Shown: positions 50,499 to 60,674, counted from the first letter of the stretch. The stretch is DNA of 64,000 bases from an uncultured Spirochaetota bacterium (GCA_963835575.1 CAWIGG010000003.1:268480-332479), one strand, 5' to 3'. Notes: a model not told the origin generated them from the sequence alone. A program made the numbers and translations.

Positions 50499-52439
50499 AT
50501 GCTCAGAATAATATCAAGAAGATCATCTCTTGCCCTGAAACAGGTTGAAGAAGTATTTTCTCTATTAGGCAAAAAAGAATACCGTCTCATCACACTGGAA
50601 ACATACGGTGACAGGCATAAAGAAATATCGCTTCTTGAAAACACCATGCAGGACATTTTTACACACGAACTGGATGAAGCATTACTTAAAGATAAAGCGG
50701 ATGCGGCTATCCATTCCGCAAAGGATTTACCATATCCGCTGCCGGAAGGATTGGAAATTGTCGCGCTGACAGAGCCTCTTGACAACACGGATTCTCTTGT
50801 CAGTTTTAATCATAAAAAACTGAGGGAATTACCGGATGGAACGGTTCTCGGGGTGAGTTCCCCGATAAGAAAAAAATATATAAAGCAGGTCCGTCCTGAC
50901 ATTAAAACCGTCAGCATTCGCGGGACAATTGAAGAGAGGCTTCATTTAATAGAAGAAGGATTGATCGGCGGTACTATCGTCGCCACATGTGCCCTTATCC
51001 GGCTTGGGTTGAAAGAAAGGATCGCCGAGATATTACCTTATAAAACCCATCCCCTGCAGGGTTCACTTGCCGTAACTGCCCGCCGGAATAGAGCGGACAT
51101 GAAAGTGCTCTTCAGTAAAATTGACCGGCGCAGGAAGCTTGGTAAAGTTTACCTGGTCGGCGCAGGACCGGGCGATCCTGAACTGCTGACGGTGAAGGCC
51201 GATAAGATATTAAAGCAGTCCGATGTTATCGTGTATGATGACCTGACCGGCGGAGAAATAATTTCGCAGTATAAAGGGGAAAAAATATACGCCGGCAAAC
51301 GGAAGGGGAGCCATTCAATGGAACAGGACGAAATCAATGAGCTTCTCTATCAATTTGCTTTGAGCGGTAAGGACACGGTCCGGCTTAAAGGCGGAGATCC
51401 GTTGATTTTCGGCAGAGGCGGCGAAGAACTAAGTTACCTAGGAGCAAGGCTTATCAATACGGAGGTGGTCCCGGGCATCACGGCTGGCCTTTCAGCCGCA
51501 GCCAGCGCAAAAATACCCCTCACCATGCGGGGCATTTCCGAAAGCGCCGGTTTTGTGACCGCTCAGTCCGCTTCAAAGAGAGATATTCCGGTCCCTTCTG
51601 ATGACACGCTGGTTTACTATATGGGCGCGTCCCGCCTGAAGGAACTTTCCGGGGCTCTCATCCGGGCGGGGATTGATCCTTCGATGCCCGCTGCGCTCAT
51701 TCATAATACCGGTTCTTCCGGAGAAATAATTAAATTGAAAAAGGTTGATGAGCTCGGGCAAAAAGACCTGCATTCACCGCTCATCGTCATCATAGGCGCG
51801 GCCGCGGGGGAATACAGGCACCTCCCGCGTGTTCTCTACATGGGCCTGGAATTAAATCATACCTATTCCTTTATCCCCGGAAAACTGATACATTATCCGC
51901 TGATCCGGGTCCGGGAAAGGAGCAGCCGGAGAATGCCCGATTTTTCTTCTTTTAATGCGATTATCTTTACATCAAAAACAGCGGTCAGGCTTTTCTTTCA
52001 AAAATACCGGCCGGAAAATTTAAAAATATACGCTATCGGCGATTATACCAGAATGGAAATTGAAAAACTCGGATTTTCAGTTGAGGGGGTGTCCCCTAGA
52101 CCCGATTCGGATGTGTTCGCGGAAATGATAAAAAAGTTGAATTACAACCAGATACTTTATCCCTGTTCAAGCCTTTCCAACAATAAGATCCTGTCTCTGC
52201 CGGAGGTACAAAAACTTGTGCTTTACGATGTCATACCCGTTAAGAGGAAGAAACTCGACTTAAATGAATTTCAGGGGGTTTATTTCTCATCGTCTTCCAC
52301 AGTCGAGGCTTTTTACGGGATTTATAAAAATTTCCCGGATCATCTTGTTTATTATGCTCAAGGGTCTTATACTTTCAATAGACTTAAAAATTATGGTTTA
52401 GCGGAGGAATTGATAATCAATGTTCAAGAGATACCGTGA
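50499..52439 (+). CDS. HemC-CobA-HemD triple fusion
   Basis: SRRSSLALKQ, AIHSAKD, IRGTIEERL (HemC); LVGAGPGDPELLT, RLKGGDP (CobA/SUMT); IIFTSKTAV, AIG, FSSSSTV (HemD). Confidence 0.88.
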   Translation: MLRIISRRSSLALKQVEEVFSLLGKKEYRLITLETYGDRHKEISLLENTMQDIFTHELDEALLKDKADAAIHSAKDLPYPLPEGLEIVALTEPLDNTDSLVSFNHKKLRELPDGTVLGVSSPIRKKYIKQVRPDIKTVSIRGTIEERLHLIEEGLIGGTIVATCALIRLGLKERIAEILPYKTHPLQGSLAVTARRNRADMKVLFSKIDRRRKLGKVYLVGAGPGDPELLTVKADKILKQSDVIVYDDLTGGEIISQYKGEKIYAGKRKGSHSMEQDEINELLYQFALSGKDTVRLKGGDPLIFGRGGEELSYLGARLINTEVVPGITAGLSAAASAKIPLTMRGISESAGFVTAQSASKRDIPVPSDDTLVYYMGASRLKELSGALIRAGIDPSMPAALIHNTGSSGEIIKLKKVDELGQKDLHSPLIVIIGAAAGEYRHLPRVLYMGLELNHTYSFIPGKLIHYPLIRVRERSSRRMPDFSSFNAIIFTSKTAVRLFFQKYRPENLKIYAIGDYTRMEIEKLGFSVEGVSPRPDSDVFAEMIKKLNYNQILYPCSSLSNNKILSLPEVQKLVLYDVIPVKRKKLDLNEFQGVYFSSSSTVEAFYGIYKNFPDHLVYYAQGSYTFNRLKNYGLAEELIINVQEIP

Positions 52440-53358
52440 CAGAAGGATAGACGCTGCGACCCGCCTGAAGCATCAGGAAACTTTTTTAAAAAAAGAAGAT
52501 TTCATCTGGCCCATATTTTTATTGGAAGAAAACGATAGGGTTGAAAAGATAGACTCTATGCCCTCTCTTTATCGATATTCAGCCGATAAACTGATGCCTG
52601 TTTTGGAGGAGCATATCAACCGCGGCTTAAAAGCCGTTCTTTTATTCGGAGTGCCCGATAAAAAAGGGATTGAAATGGCCTATAGTCCGGAAGGCATTGT
52701 ACAGAAGGCCGTACCCCTGATAAAAAAAGCATTTCCCCGGCTCGAGGTTATAACAGATGTGTGCCTGTGTTCCTTTACGCAGGACGGGCACTGCCATATC
52801 GGCGATAACGACAAAACATGCGCCCTTCTCGCGAAAGTCGCTCTAAGTCATGCCAGGGCGGGCGCCGACATTGTCGCTCCTTCCGATATGATGGACGGCA
52901 GGGTCTTTTATATCCGGAAAGCGCTTGATGAAGCCGGTTTCACCAAAGTCCGGATCATGTCTTACGCGGCCAAGTATGCCTCTTCTTTTTACGGGCCTTT
53001 CCGCACCGCGGCCGATTGCGCCCCAAAAAAAGGCGATCGAAAGTCTTACCAGATGGACCCCCCGAACGCTCAGGAAGCCATGGAAGAAATCGCTTCCGAC
53101 ATCGAAGAAGGGGCCTCCAGCATCATTATAAAACCGGCTCTTTCCTATCTCGATATTATTTACCGCGCAAAACAGAAGTTCCGGGTTCCGATAGTCGCTT
53201 ACAACGTTTCGGGGGAATATTCGATGCTGAAACTGTTGATGGAGAAGGGATTGGCCGGGAAAGACATCGTTATGGAAACGCTCATCTCAATAAAACGCGC
53301 CGGAGCGGATAGAATAATATCTTATTTTACCCCGGAAATGCTTCAATTTTTAGAATAA
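52420..53358 (+). CDS. hemB: Porphobilinogen synthase
   Basis: DVCLCSFT.DGHC, APSDMMDGR, FYGPFR, IKPA, YNVSGEY. Confidence 0.96.
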   Translation: MFKRYRDRRIDAATRLKHQETFLKKEDFIWPIFLLEENDRVEKIDSMPSLYRYSADKLMPVLEEHINRGLKAVLLFGVPDKKGIEMAYSPEGIVQKAVPLIKKAFPRLEVITDVCLCSFTQDGHCHIGDNDKTCALLAKVALSHARAGADIVAPSDMMDGRVFYIRKALDEAGFTKVRIMSYAAKYASSFYGPFRTAADCAPKKGDRKSYQMDPPNAQEAMEEIASDIEEGASSIIIKPALSYLDIIYRAKQKFRVPIVAYNVSGEYSMLKLLMEKGLAGKDIVMETLISIKRAGADRIISYFTPEMLQFLE

Positions 53359-53366
53359 GAGGCTTT

Positions 53367-54617
53367 ATGACACTATACGAAGAAGCGTCAAAAGTGATGC
53401 CCGGCGGAGTGAATTCACCCGTCCGGGCCTTTCGTTCGGTCGGCATGGATCCTTTGTTTGTAAAAAAAAGTGAAGGAAGATATTTGTACGGCGAAGACGG
53501 CCGGAAATACCTGGATTTCTGCCTTTCCTGGGGCGTGCATATTTTAGGGCATAATCATCCGGCTGTTATCAAGGCATTAAAACAAGCCCTGAAAAACGGC
53601 ACGTCCTTCGGATTTTCCCATTCTTATGAAAACCGGTTTGCGCTTTTGATCAAAGAGTGCATGCCTTCCATTGAGAAAATCCGTTTTGTGAATTCAGGCA
53701 CGGAAGCTGTTTTATCCGCCATCCGTTTGGCCAGGGGATTTACCGGACGGGAAAAAATAATTAAATTTGACGGATGCTACCATGGCCATAGCGATGCCCT
53801 CCTGGTTAAGGCAGGTTCAGGTGTGGGTGAGATGCCTGCCGCCTCTTCATCGGGTATTCCGGAAGAAGTCGTTAAAAACACGATTTCCCTGCCCTATAAT
53901 AACAAAGAATTATTGGAAAAAATAATAAGAAAAAACGGGAAAACAACAGCATGCGTGATTTTGGAGCCTATCCCTGCCAATATGGGTGTGGTAATCCCTG
54001 AGGAAGGGTTCCTTGAGTTTTTAAGAAAAATAACCCGGGAATTTGATATCCTCCTCATCTTCGACGAAGTAATTTCCGGCTTCCGAGCGGGACCCGGAGG
54101 GGCCCAGGGACTTTATGGAATCCGGCCTGACCTGACGGCGCTGGGAAAGATCATCGGGGGAGGCCTGCCGGTCGGCGCGTTCGGAGGCCGTTCTGAAATC
54201 ATGGACAGGCTGGCACCCGGCGGCGATGTTTACCAGGCGGGAACTCTTTCCGGCAATCCATTGGCGCTGCGCGCCGGATATGCTGCCGTGAAGTACCTGA
54301 AAAATCATCCCTCAACTTACAAGATTCTTAACGATCTCACTTCTGAATTCAGCAGGGAATTCAGGAAAATCTCAAAATATACCATTAATTCCATCGCTTC
54401 ATTTTTTACTATTTTTTATACCGAAAGGCCTGTCAATAATTTTGAGGATGCCGGGAAGCAGGACAAAAATGCTTTTCAACTTTTCTATAAAAATTTGTTT
54501 AAAAGATGTATTTTATTCCCCCCTTCAATGTTTGAAGCGTCTTTTTTAAGCATACGCCATCGATACAGGGATTTAGAAAAGATTCTCAAAATATTCAAGG
54601 AATCTTGCGTTCAATAG
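53367..54617 (+). CDS. hemL: Glutamate-1-semialdehyde 2,1-aminomutase
   Basis: PGGVNSPVRAF, NSGTEA, GCYHGH, GKIIGGGLP, QAGTLSGNP. Confidence 0.97.
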   Translation: MTLYEEASKVMPGGVNSPVRAFRSVGMDPLFVKKSEGRYLYGEDGRKYLDFCLSWGVHILGHNHPAVIKALKQALKNGTSFGFSHSYENRFALLIKECMPSIEKIRFVNSGTEAVLSAIRLARGFTGREKIIKFDGCYHGHSDALLVKAGSGVGEMPAASSSGIPEEVVKNTISLPYNNKELLEKIIRKNGKTTACVILEPIPANMGVVIPEEGFLEFLRKITREFDILLIFDEVISGFRAGPGGAQGLYGIRPDLTALGKIIGGGLPVGAFGGRSEIMDRLAPGGDVYQAGTLSGNPLALRAGYAAVKYLKNHPSTYKILNDLTSEFSREFRKISKYTINSIASFFTIFYTERPVNNFEDAGKQDKNAFQLFYKNLFKRCILFPPSMFEASFLSIRHRYRDLEKILKIFKESCVQ

Positions 54618-54749
54618 ACCGTATGTGCGGGCTTCCGCAGAGTCCGCCTGACCCATTCCTTATTTTATTTAAAGTTGCAATTGTATTATAATATAAAATA
54701 TTATCAGATTTTATCTTCTAAAAATTATTTAACGGGTATAAAACATATT

Positions 54750-55184
54750 ATGAAATTAACAACACGGACCCGCTATGGAGTCAGGTTTTTATTCCAATTG
54801 GCACTTAATTATGATAAAGGCACCATGCAGCTGAGTGAAATTGCTAAAAAGGAAAATATTTCGGAAAAGTATCTGGAGCAGATTGCCAGCACTCTGAAAT
54901 CGGCAGGATTTATCAGGGCACAGAGAGGAGCCCAGGGAGGGTATCAATTGGCGCGTGATCCCTCTTCCATCAATCTGGCCGACGTGGTCAGCGGACTGGA
55001 AGGTTCGCTGTCGGTCATGGACTGCCTGGAAAAAGACGGTTGTGAAAAAAGCGGTAATTGCGCCGCGCAAAATGTCTGGCGAAGGCTGGACGATTCAATA
55101 AAAAAATCATTGAAGAGCATATATCTGTCCGATATGGTTGATGATTACCACAGGGAATGCTTCCAGCCGAATTTTGATATCTGA
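54750..55184 (+). CDS. Rrf2-family regulator with three Cys (IscR/CymR-like)
   Basis: MKLTTRTRYG, ISEKYLEQI, RGAQGGY, C..C..C. Confidence 0.92.
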   Translation: MKLTTRTRYGVRFLFQLALNYDKGTMQLSEIAKKENISEKYLEQIASTLKSAGFIRAQRGAQGGYQLARDPSSINLADVVSGLEGSLSVMDCLEKDGCEKSGNCAAQNVWRRLDDSIKKSLKSIYLSDMVDDYHRECFQPNFDI

Positions 55185-55189
55185 TCATC

Positions 55190-55345
55190 ATAAATTAAAT
55201 TTTTCCGTTAAGTGGACCGCGGCTTCCTTTTATTCAAATATGTTTCCCATCCTCTGATCAGAGAAATGCAGCGCTTTTTTAAATGATGTGAAAATTGGCC
55301 TAATCTTCTATGGGACAATGGACTTTAACCGGATATTATAATGCA
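55190..55345. repeat. Direct repeat B (decayed copy of 35927-36078)
   Basis: Shared GCGGCTTCCTTTT, AGAGAAATGCA and the 36-bp identical core at 55285-55320. Confidence 0.8.
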
Positions 55346-55380
55346 AATCACATTTTTATCAAAAATTATTATAAACATAA

Positions 55381-56664
55381 GGGCGGTTTTAAAAACCGTC
55401 TAATTTATCAACACTTCCCTGATAATAGAAAATATTTTCAAAATATTTCTGCCAACAGGTTAAAAACTGTTTCTATTACCAAAATTCAGGCAAACACGGG
55501 CAATATTATCCATATCTTCTGTATTTTAAGCCGCACAAGACGCAATTCGACCTTTTACCACAACATACCGTGCTAAATTATAAACCAGATTCATCAGCCC
55601 GATTTGGCTCTCTGCCCTTTCTTTTCCTATCGATCGTATTGTACTGCCGTTCATACTATTTTCAACAAAACCAAAAACATGCTCAACACGAACACGGATG
55701 CGGCTCTTTCTTCTATTTTTTTCTTTCTGCTTCTCCGTCAATGGCTTATTTCTGTATCCTTTTTCGTGAATCCGGTTTTTCATCTCAAATTTTTCTAATA
55801 TTCCTGCTACCGTTGGGCCAACATATGCACTGTCCGCGTAAAACGGCTTCCCTTTGTCTTTCTCATTCAATAGAGGTTCAACTACCTGTGAATCGTGAAC
55901 GCTCGCATCTGTCGTGACATAAGAACGAATAAGTTTTGACTTCACATCAACCTTTGTATGGTTTTTGTATCCGTAATGCCTCTCTTTATTCTTGGTCATC
56001 CAGCGCGCATCCGTGTCTTTATGGGAAAGCTTATGCGTATTATCTTTCCAATCTTCCGGAACCTCGCCTTCTTTTATTTTCTTGTTTTCTTCGCGGCTGT
56101 TCCTCTGCCGGGGAACATCCACAAAACTTGCGTCTACCATAACGCCCGCTTTCCCTATCACACCTTTATTCTCAAGATTCTCATCGAATATTTTAAAAAG
56201 TTTCTCTATTGCTTTCGCTTTCATCAGTTTTTCCTTGAATTCCCAGATTTTACTGTAGTCCGGAACTTTGTCCGAAAGTGTTATCCCAAGATATCGCTGA
56301 ACGGATAACCTGTCATTGATCTGAAATTCCGCTTGCTCATCGGAAAGATTGTAATACCTCTGGAATATCAGTATCTTGAACATGAAAACATAGTCATAAT
56401 GTGGCGCTCCGCCCGGCGTCTTCTGCTCTTTCGGCGCCAAAATCTCTGTTAACAGCGGCCGGAACATCTCAAAGTCTACAACCCTGTTAAGCTTATCCAG
56501 CGGTGTTTTTACGCCGCTTAGCTTTTCCATCCGCTCCTGATATTCAAACAAGTTACGGTCTTTCCGCTTAATTTTTGTCATAGCCTTACCTCTGTTTTCT
56601 TTGACTATGATTATATGTTTTTATATACTATTTGTATATGATACGTGGGTTTTTCAAACCGCCC
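55381..56664 (-). mobile_element. IS5-family element copy 2 (1284 bp)
   Basis: Same ends and orientation as copy 1; about five substitutions seen. Confidence 0.93.
55526..56581 (-). CDS. IS5-family transposase
   Basis: Protein identical to 34786-35841. Confidence 0.95.
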   Translation of the reverse strand: MTKIKRKDRNLFEYQERMEKLSGVKTPLDKLNRVVDFEMFRPLLTEILAPKEQKTPGGAPHYDYVFMFKILIFQRYYNLSDEQAEFQINDRLSVQRYLGITLSDKVPDYSKIWEFKEKLMKAKAIEKLFKIFDENLENKGVIGKAGVMVDASFVDVPRQRNSREENKKIKEGEVPEDWKDNTHKLSHKDTDARWMTKNKERHYGYKNHTKVDVKSKLIRSYVTTDASVHDSQVVEPLLNEKDKGKPFYADSAYVGPTVAGILEKFEMKNRIHEKGYRNKPLTEKQKEKNRRKSRIRVRVEHVFGFVENSMNGSTIRSIGKERAESQIGLMNLVYNLARYVVVKGRIASCAA

Positions 56665-56686
56665 AATATTAAAAGGCTGTTAAGAT

Positions 56687-57934
56687 ATGGTTTCAAATAA
56701 CAACGCTAAACTTCTTGACCATTTTGTTATAGGTGACGATCTGAACTGGGATGCACCATGGATCGATGTATGGTTATGGGTCGAACTACCGTTCTGGATA
56801 ATGGTTAACAATACGACATTTCCCGTCGAAGTCGATGGTCACAAGTTTCAGGTTGCCATATTTGACAATTACTTCGAATTGTATGGGGGTGGCATAGCCG
56901 ACTCAAAAAACACTGTGATCTACAATGGACCACTAAAAAATATTAATGATCTGAGCGATGAAATTAAGCAATTTCATAAAAAAAATCTCAATGTTCCTTT
57001 AATGTGGCGAAAGTGTAAGACCATTCTGAAGATTATGTCTCGTTGCAACGAAGATATATGGAAATCCGCAATCTGTGAAAGCGGTCTACATGAACAAACG
57101 GTTCATTATTACTTGGCCGAATTGTGCAGAGTCCATATCCCAATTGCTAATAAGCTGGTTCAAGGTTATCGTCTCTCTACATACGACTATTTTGCGTTCG
57201 AGGTGTCTCCATGGGATGTACCTCTTTGGCGTGTGGAACGGAATGCCCAAGCGGTTAGAATTTGCATTATCCCTTACCGTGAATGGGATGAGAAGCCACA
57301 GGTAATAGAGGCTCCGTTCGATGAGATTATTAAGAATAAAATTTCGGGTAAGAAACTAGATTTTCATTCAGCATCATACAAACTTATTGAAGGAGAGGAC
57401 TTGGAAAAAAGTATTGCAGCAAGTGCAAGTCCTGGAGAGTTTGAACTGCTCGATTCTTTGAACTTAATGGAGCGCGGCGATTATTCTGGTGCGGTTCGTC
57501 GAATAACGACTGCCATTGAGGTTATTGTGGGAGCAGTTGTCCGTATAGCTGTCGAAGCGAAAGAAGGAGCACAAAAAGCAGATGATTTTCTTAAGGTCAC
57601 AGAAACAAATTTTCCGGCACGGATAGTCAAATACGAAAAGTTCAGTGGACGCAAACTACCGAAAGAACATCGAGCGGAATTAGATGTTACTCGCATGCTC
57701 CGGCATCGAATTGTTCATAAGGGTTATAGAATCGGTTCTGGCGAACGTGGTATGGCACAGAGGGCCGTAGACACAGGGCGATGGATCTACAATTGGTTTG
57801 AGAATGACGAGGAACGGTCAAAGGTCAGGGAGACGAGAATAGCGTTCCGCGGACTCGGTCGCGACATGAGTTTTGGCATTTTTCCTACAAAAATAACACC
57901 CGACGGAGTGGTTGTCTCACCAATTCCACGATGA
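56687..57934 (+). CDS. Hypothetical protein with C-terminal HEPN-like RxxxxH motif
   Basis: AVRRITTAIEV helix and RHRIVH; base composition differs from neighbours. Confidence 0.55.
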   Translation: MVSNNNAKLLDHFVIGDDLNWDAPWIDVWLWVELPFWIMVNNTTFPVEVDGHKFQVAIFDNYFELYGGGIADSKNTVIYNGPLKNINDLSDEIKQFHKKNLNVPLMWRKCKTILKIMSRCNEDIWKSAICESGLHEQTVHYYLAELCRVHIPIANKLVQGYRLSTYDYFAFEVSPWDVPLWRVERNAQAVRICIIPYREWDEKPQVIEAPFDEIIKNKISGKKLDFHSASYKLIEGEDLEKSIAASASPGEFELLDSLNLMERGDYSGAVRRITTAIEVIVGAVVRIAVEAKEGAQKADDFLKVTETNFPARIVKYEKFSGRKLPKEHRAELDVTRMLRHRIVHKGYRIGSGERGMAQRAVDTGRWIYNWFENDEERSKVRETRIAFRGLGRDMSFGIFPTKITPDGVVVSPIPR

Positions 57935-58036
57935 ACGAAGGTTATTATGGGTGCTCCTGGAAATTAAAAAGGTGTTATTTCTTGAATATAAGGACAATAG
58001 TTTGTAATGTTTTTAAGATAGCAAGAACAATAAAAG

Positions 58037-58107
58037 ATCTTGTGAAAATAGTCCCATAGAACTATCATGAAAGTAACGTACTATGATATTTCATTGTGAA
58101 AATTGAA
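58037..58107 (+). repeat. ~70-bp repeat upstream of the DHH gene
   Basis: ATCTTGTGAAAATAGTCCCATAGAACTATCATG...TTGTGAAAATTGAA. Confidence 0.75.
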
Positions 58108-58183
58108 CAAATAATCATGAATTGTTTAAAGATCTTAATGCCATCCTTGTTGGCAAAAGACTGGAAATTCAAGGGGATTAATT

Positions 58184-59152
58184 ATGGCCTACTCACGTGT
58201 CATCGCTCACTCAGATTTTGACGGTATCGCTTCTGCCAGCCTCTGTGTTCTGCTTTATGGCGATATGGAAATCAAATTTACCGGTCCGATGGACATCAAT
58301 ATGCGAAAATTTCCTATTAGTAATAGCGACATCATAGTCGATCTTCCTTACGGTAGTTCCGCCGGTCTTTGGTTCGACCACCACGAGGGTAATACCGAAG
58401 ATGTTCGTCTAATGGGGACCGATCCAGACTCGATTCCTGGCAAGCGGATGGTTTATCCGAGCTGCACAGGGCTTATATATGACACCTTTAAAGATACTTT
58501 CGCGTTCCCCGCATTCATTCCGGAACTGGTCGCCGGCGTCAACCGGGTAGACAGTTTTAGTTATGCCAATATCGCTGACTGGCGGAAGGAAACCCCCGAC
58601 CGGATTATCGACCTGGCGATCAAGACCGAGTTTCCAAGGCACAGTGACTCTTTCGTTTTCATGAAGGACATGGTTTACAGGATCTCGGAAAAACCTGTCG
58701 GAGAAATCATCAAAGAAAAGGATATCCTCGCTTACTATCAGAAAACTAAAGAGAACGAAGAACGGGCAGTTCAACTTATAGATAAATTTTTGAAGGTCCA
58801 AGACCCTGAAACCAAGAAAATCCTCCTGCTCGATTTCTCTGATTTTAAATCTCCTGTACGAATCAACCGGAGCCTCGCTTTTCTTAAAGAACCCACTGCC
58901 CATGTAATCATCGCCATTCTTCCTCTGTTTAATAATGGGGTTAAAAGCACCGATCTTATGTTTTCTATGAGTCTTGCCATTGGAGCGCCTGAGACATACG
59001 ATCTTGGAGACATCGTCCGTTCCCTCAATATTGGCGACGGTCACAGAGGAGCCGCTTCTGGTAAAGTAGAATCCAAGGGGAAAGCAGAAATGCTAAAAAA
59101 CAAGGACAGGACGCTGGAAAAGATTCTGCAAAGTCTGAAGAACTTGCAGTAA
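58184..59152 (+). CDS. DHH-family phosphoesterase
   Basis: HSDFDG, IVDLP, FDHH, GDGHRGAA. Confidence 0.88.
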   Translation: MAYSRVIAHSDFDGIASASLCVLLYGDMEIKFTGPMDINMRKFPISNSDIIVDLPYGSSAGLWFDHHEGNTEDVRLMGTDPDSIPGKRMVYPSCTGLIYDTFKDTFAFPAFIPELVAGVNRVDSFSYANIADWRKETPDRIIDLAIKTEFPRHSDSFVFMKDMVYRISEKPVGEIIKEKDILAYYQKTKENEERAVQLIDKFLKVQDPETKKILLLDFSDFKSPVRINRSLAFLKEPTAHVIIAILPLFNNGVKSTDLMFSMSLAIGAPETYDLGDIVRSLNIGDGHRGAASGKVESKGKAEMLKNKDRTLEKILQSLKNLQ

Positions 59153-59201
59153 AATGAATTTGAAAGTAAAAGAGAATATGGTGGTATGAACTTACATATT
59201 T

Positions 59202-59277
59202 ATCTTGTGAAAATAGTCCCATGGAACTATCATGTAATTAAGTAATAGATATATCATAATATTTTGTGAAAATTGAA
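59202..59277 (+). repeat. Second copy of the ~70-bp repeat, downstream of the DHH gene
   Basis: ATCTTGTGAAAATAGTCCCATGGAACTATCATG...TTGTGAAAATTGAA. Confidence 0.75.
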
Positions 59278-59699
59278 TGAATTCAAATTCAAGCTGAGGA
59301 ATTAAGATAATTGTGAAGAAGGATTCTGCCAACGATTCTGGCGAGAAAATAATACTATATGCTGCAAATGGAAGAAATGGGTTTATAAGAATTCAAAAAG
59401 GAAAGAAATTTACTAGGGTTCAAGCTTTTAACAATGAAAAGGAACCTTTGGGCCCAGCTTATAGCGTGGAACATTCATTCGGATATCAGTATAAAAAAGA
59501 CATTGGCGATCCAGTATCCAGGCTCATTGTTGTTGCAAAAATGGATTTTTTAATATTGTGAAAATAATCCATTAATACAAGTTGTTCGGAGTGTGGATAT
59601 TGCCAAAAAATGGAAAAACCGAATTTCCAAAAGATTATGAAAAAGCCTATGAAATAAGAAAATAGATGATTACTGAAAAGCTTAAAGGAGGTTTGTCGA

Positions 59700-60317
59700 A
59701 TGAAGGTTTTGGCTTTTAATGGAAGTCCGCATAAAAACGGCAGCACATTTACTAGTCTAAACATAGTATCTGAAGAACTCAAAAAAATGGATATTGATGT
59801 GGAAATGGTTCATATCGGTAATAAAATAATAAGAGGCTGTAATGGCTGCTACAAATGCAGGGATCTGAAAAAATGTGTTTTTAATGACGATGATGTAAAT
59901 AAATATCTTGATAAAATTCAAAATGTAGATGGTATCATAATAGGTTCTCCAGTTTATTATTCCGGTATAGCCGGGACCCTCAAATGTTTCCTAGACAGAT
60001 TGTTTTTTGCTGGCCCTGATATGCGTTTTAAAGTGGGCGCTGCGGTGGTATCATTAAGGCGTTCCGGTGGAGTTTCCACTTTTCAGCAAATAAACAATTA
60101 CTTCAATTTAACTCAAATGATCATAACACCCTCTCAATACTGGAATGTGATCCATGGTACGAATTCAGAAGAAGTATTACAAGATGAAGAGGGGGTACAA
60201 ATAATGCAAACTTTAGGCAAGAATATGGGATGGCTACTTAAAATAATTCATTCTGGAAAAAAAGAAATAACAGAGCCTGCACAAACCCAAAAAGTTAGAA
60301 CAAATTTTATTCACTGA
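59700..60317 (+). CDS. Flavodoxin family / iron-sulfur flavoprotein
   Basis: NGSPHKNGST, GCNGCYKC....C, GSPVYY, RRSGG. Confidence 0.9.
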   Translation: MKVLAFNGSPHKNGSTFTSLNIVSEELKKMDIDVEMVHIGNKIIRGCNGCYKCRDLKKCVFNDDDVNKYLDKIQNVDGIIIGSPVYYSGIAGTLKCFLDRLFFAGPDMRFKVGAAVVSLRRSGGVSTFQQINNYFNLTQMIITPSQYWNVIHGTNSEEVLQDEEGVQIMQTLGKNMGWLLKIIHSGKKEITEPAQTQKVRTNFIH

Positions 60318-60674
60318 TTACTAAAAAGATTGAGGGGGATTGTGAAGAGGGTGTAGAATGACAAAAAAGTCATATACTGACGAGCACATAAATCTTTATT
60401 TTACTGTTATCTTTTGGAAATGTAAAAAAATAAAGTTGTATACTAAAACAATAAATACGTATTTTTTTTTAAAACATTGTCTGAAATAAAGAGAAAAAAG
60501 TTGTATACCGATAGAATTTAAAATGAGTTAGCAAAGACTGCCAGGAAATTGGATAAAAAAATCTTTAAGTATACTCTTACTTATTCATGAGCCGACCCAC
60601 TGTAGGACAGAAACCTGACTTGCATATATCTCTTTTTCGTAATAAAATATATCAAAATGAAAAGGATTTATTGA

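Noticed and set aside
59313..59561. 82-aa ORF
   Set aside because: No recognisable motif; may be a fragment, left uncalled
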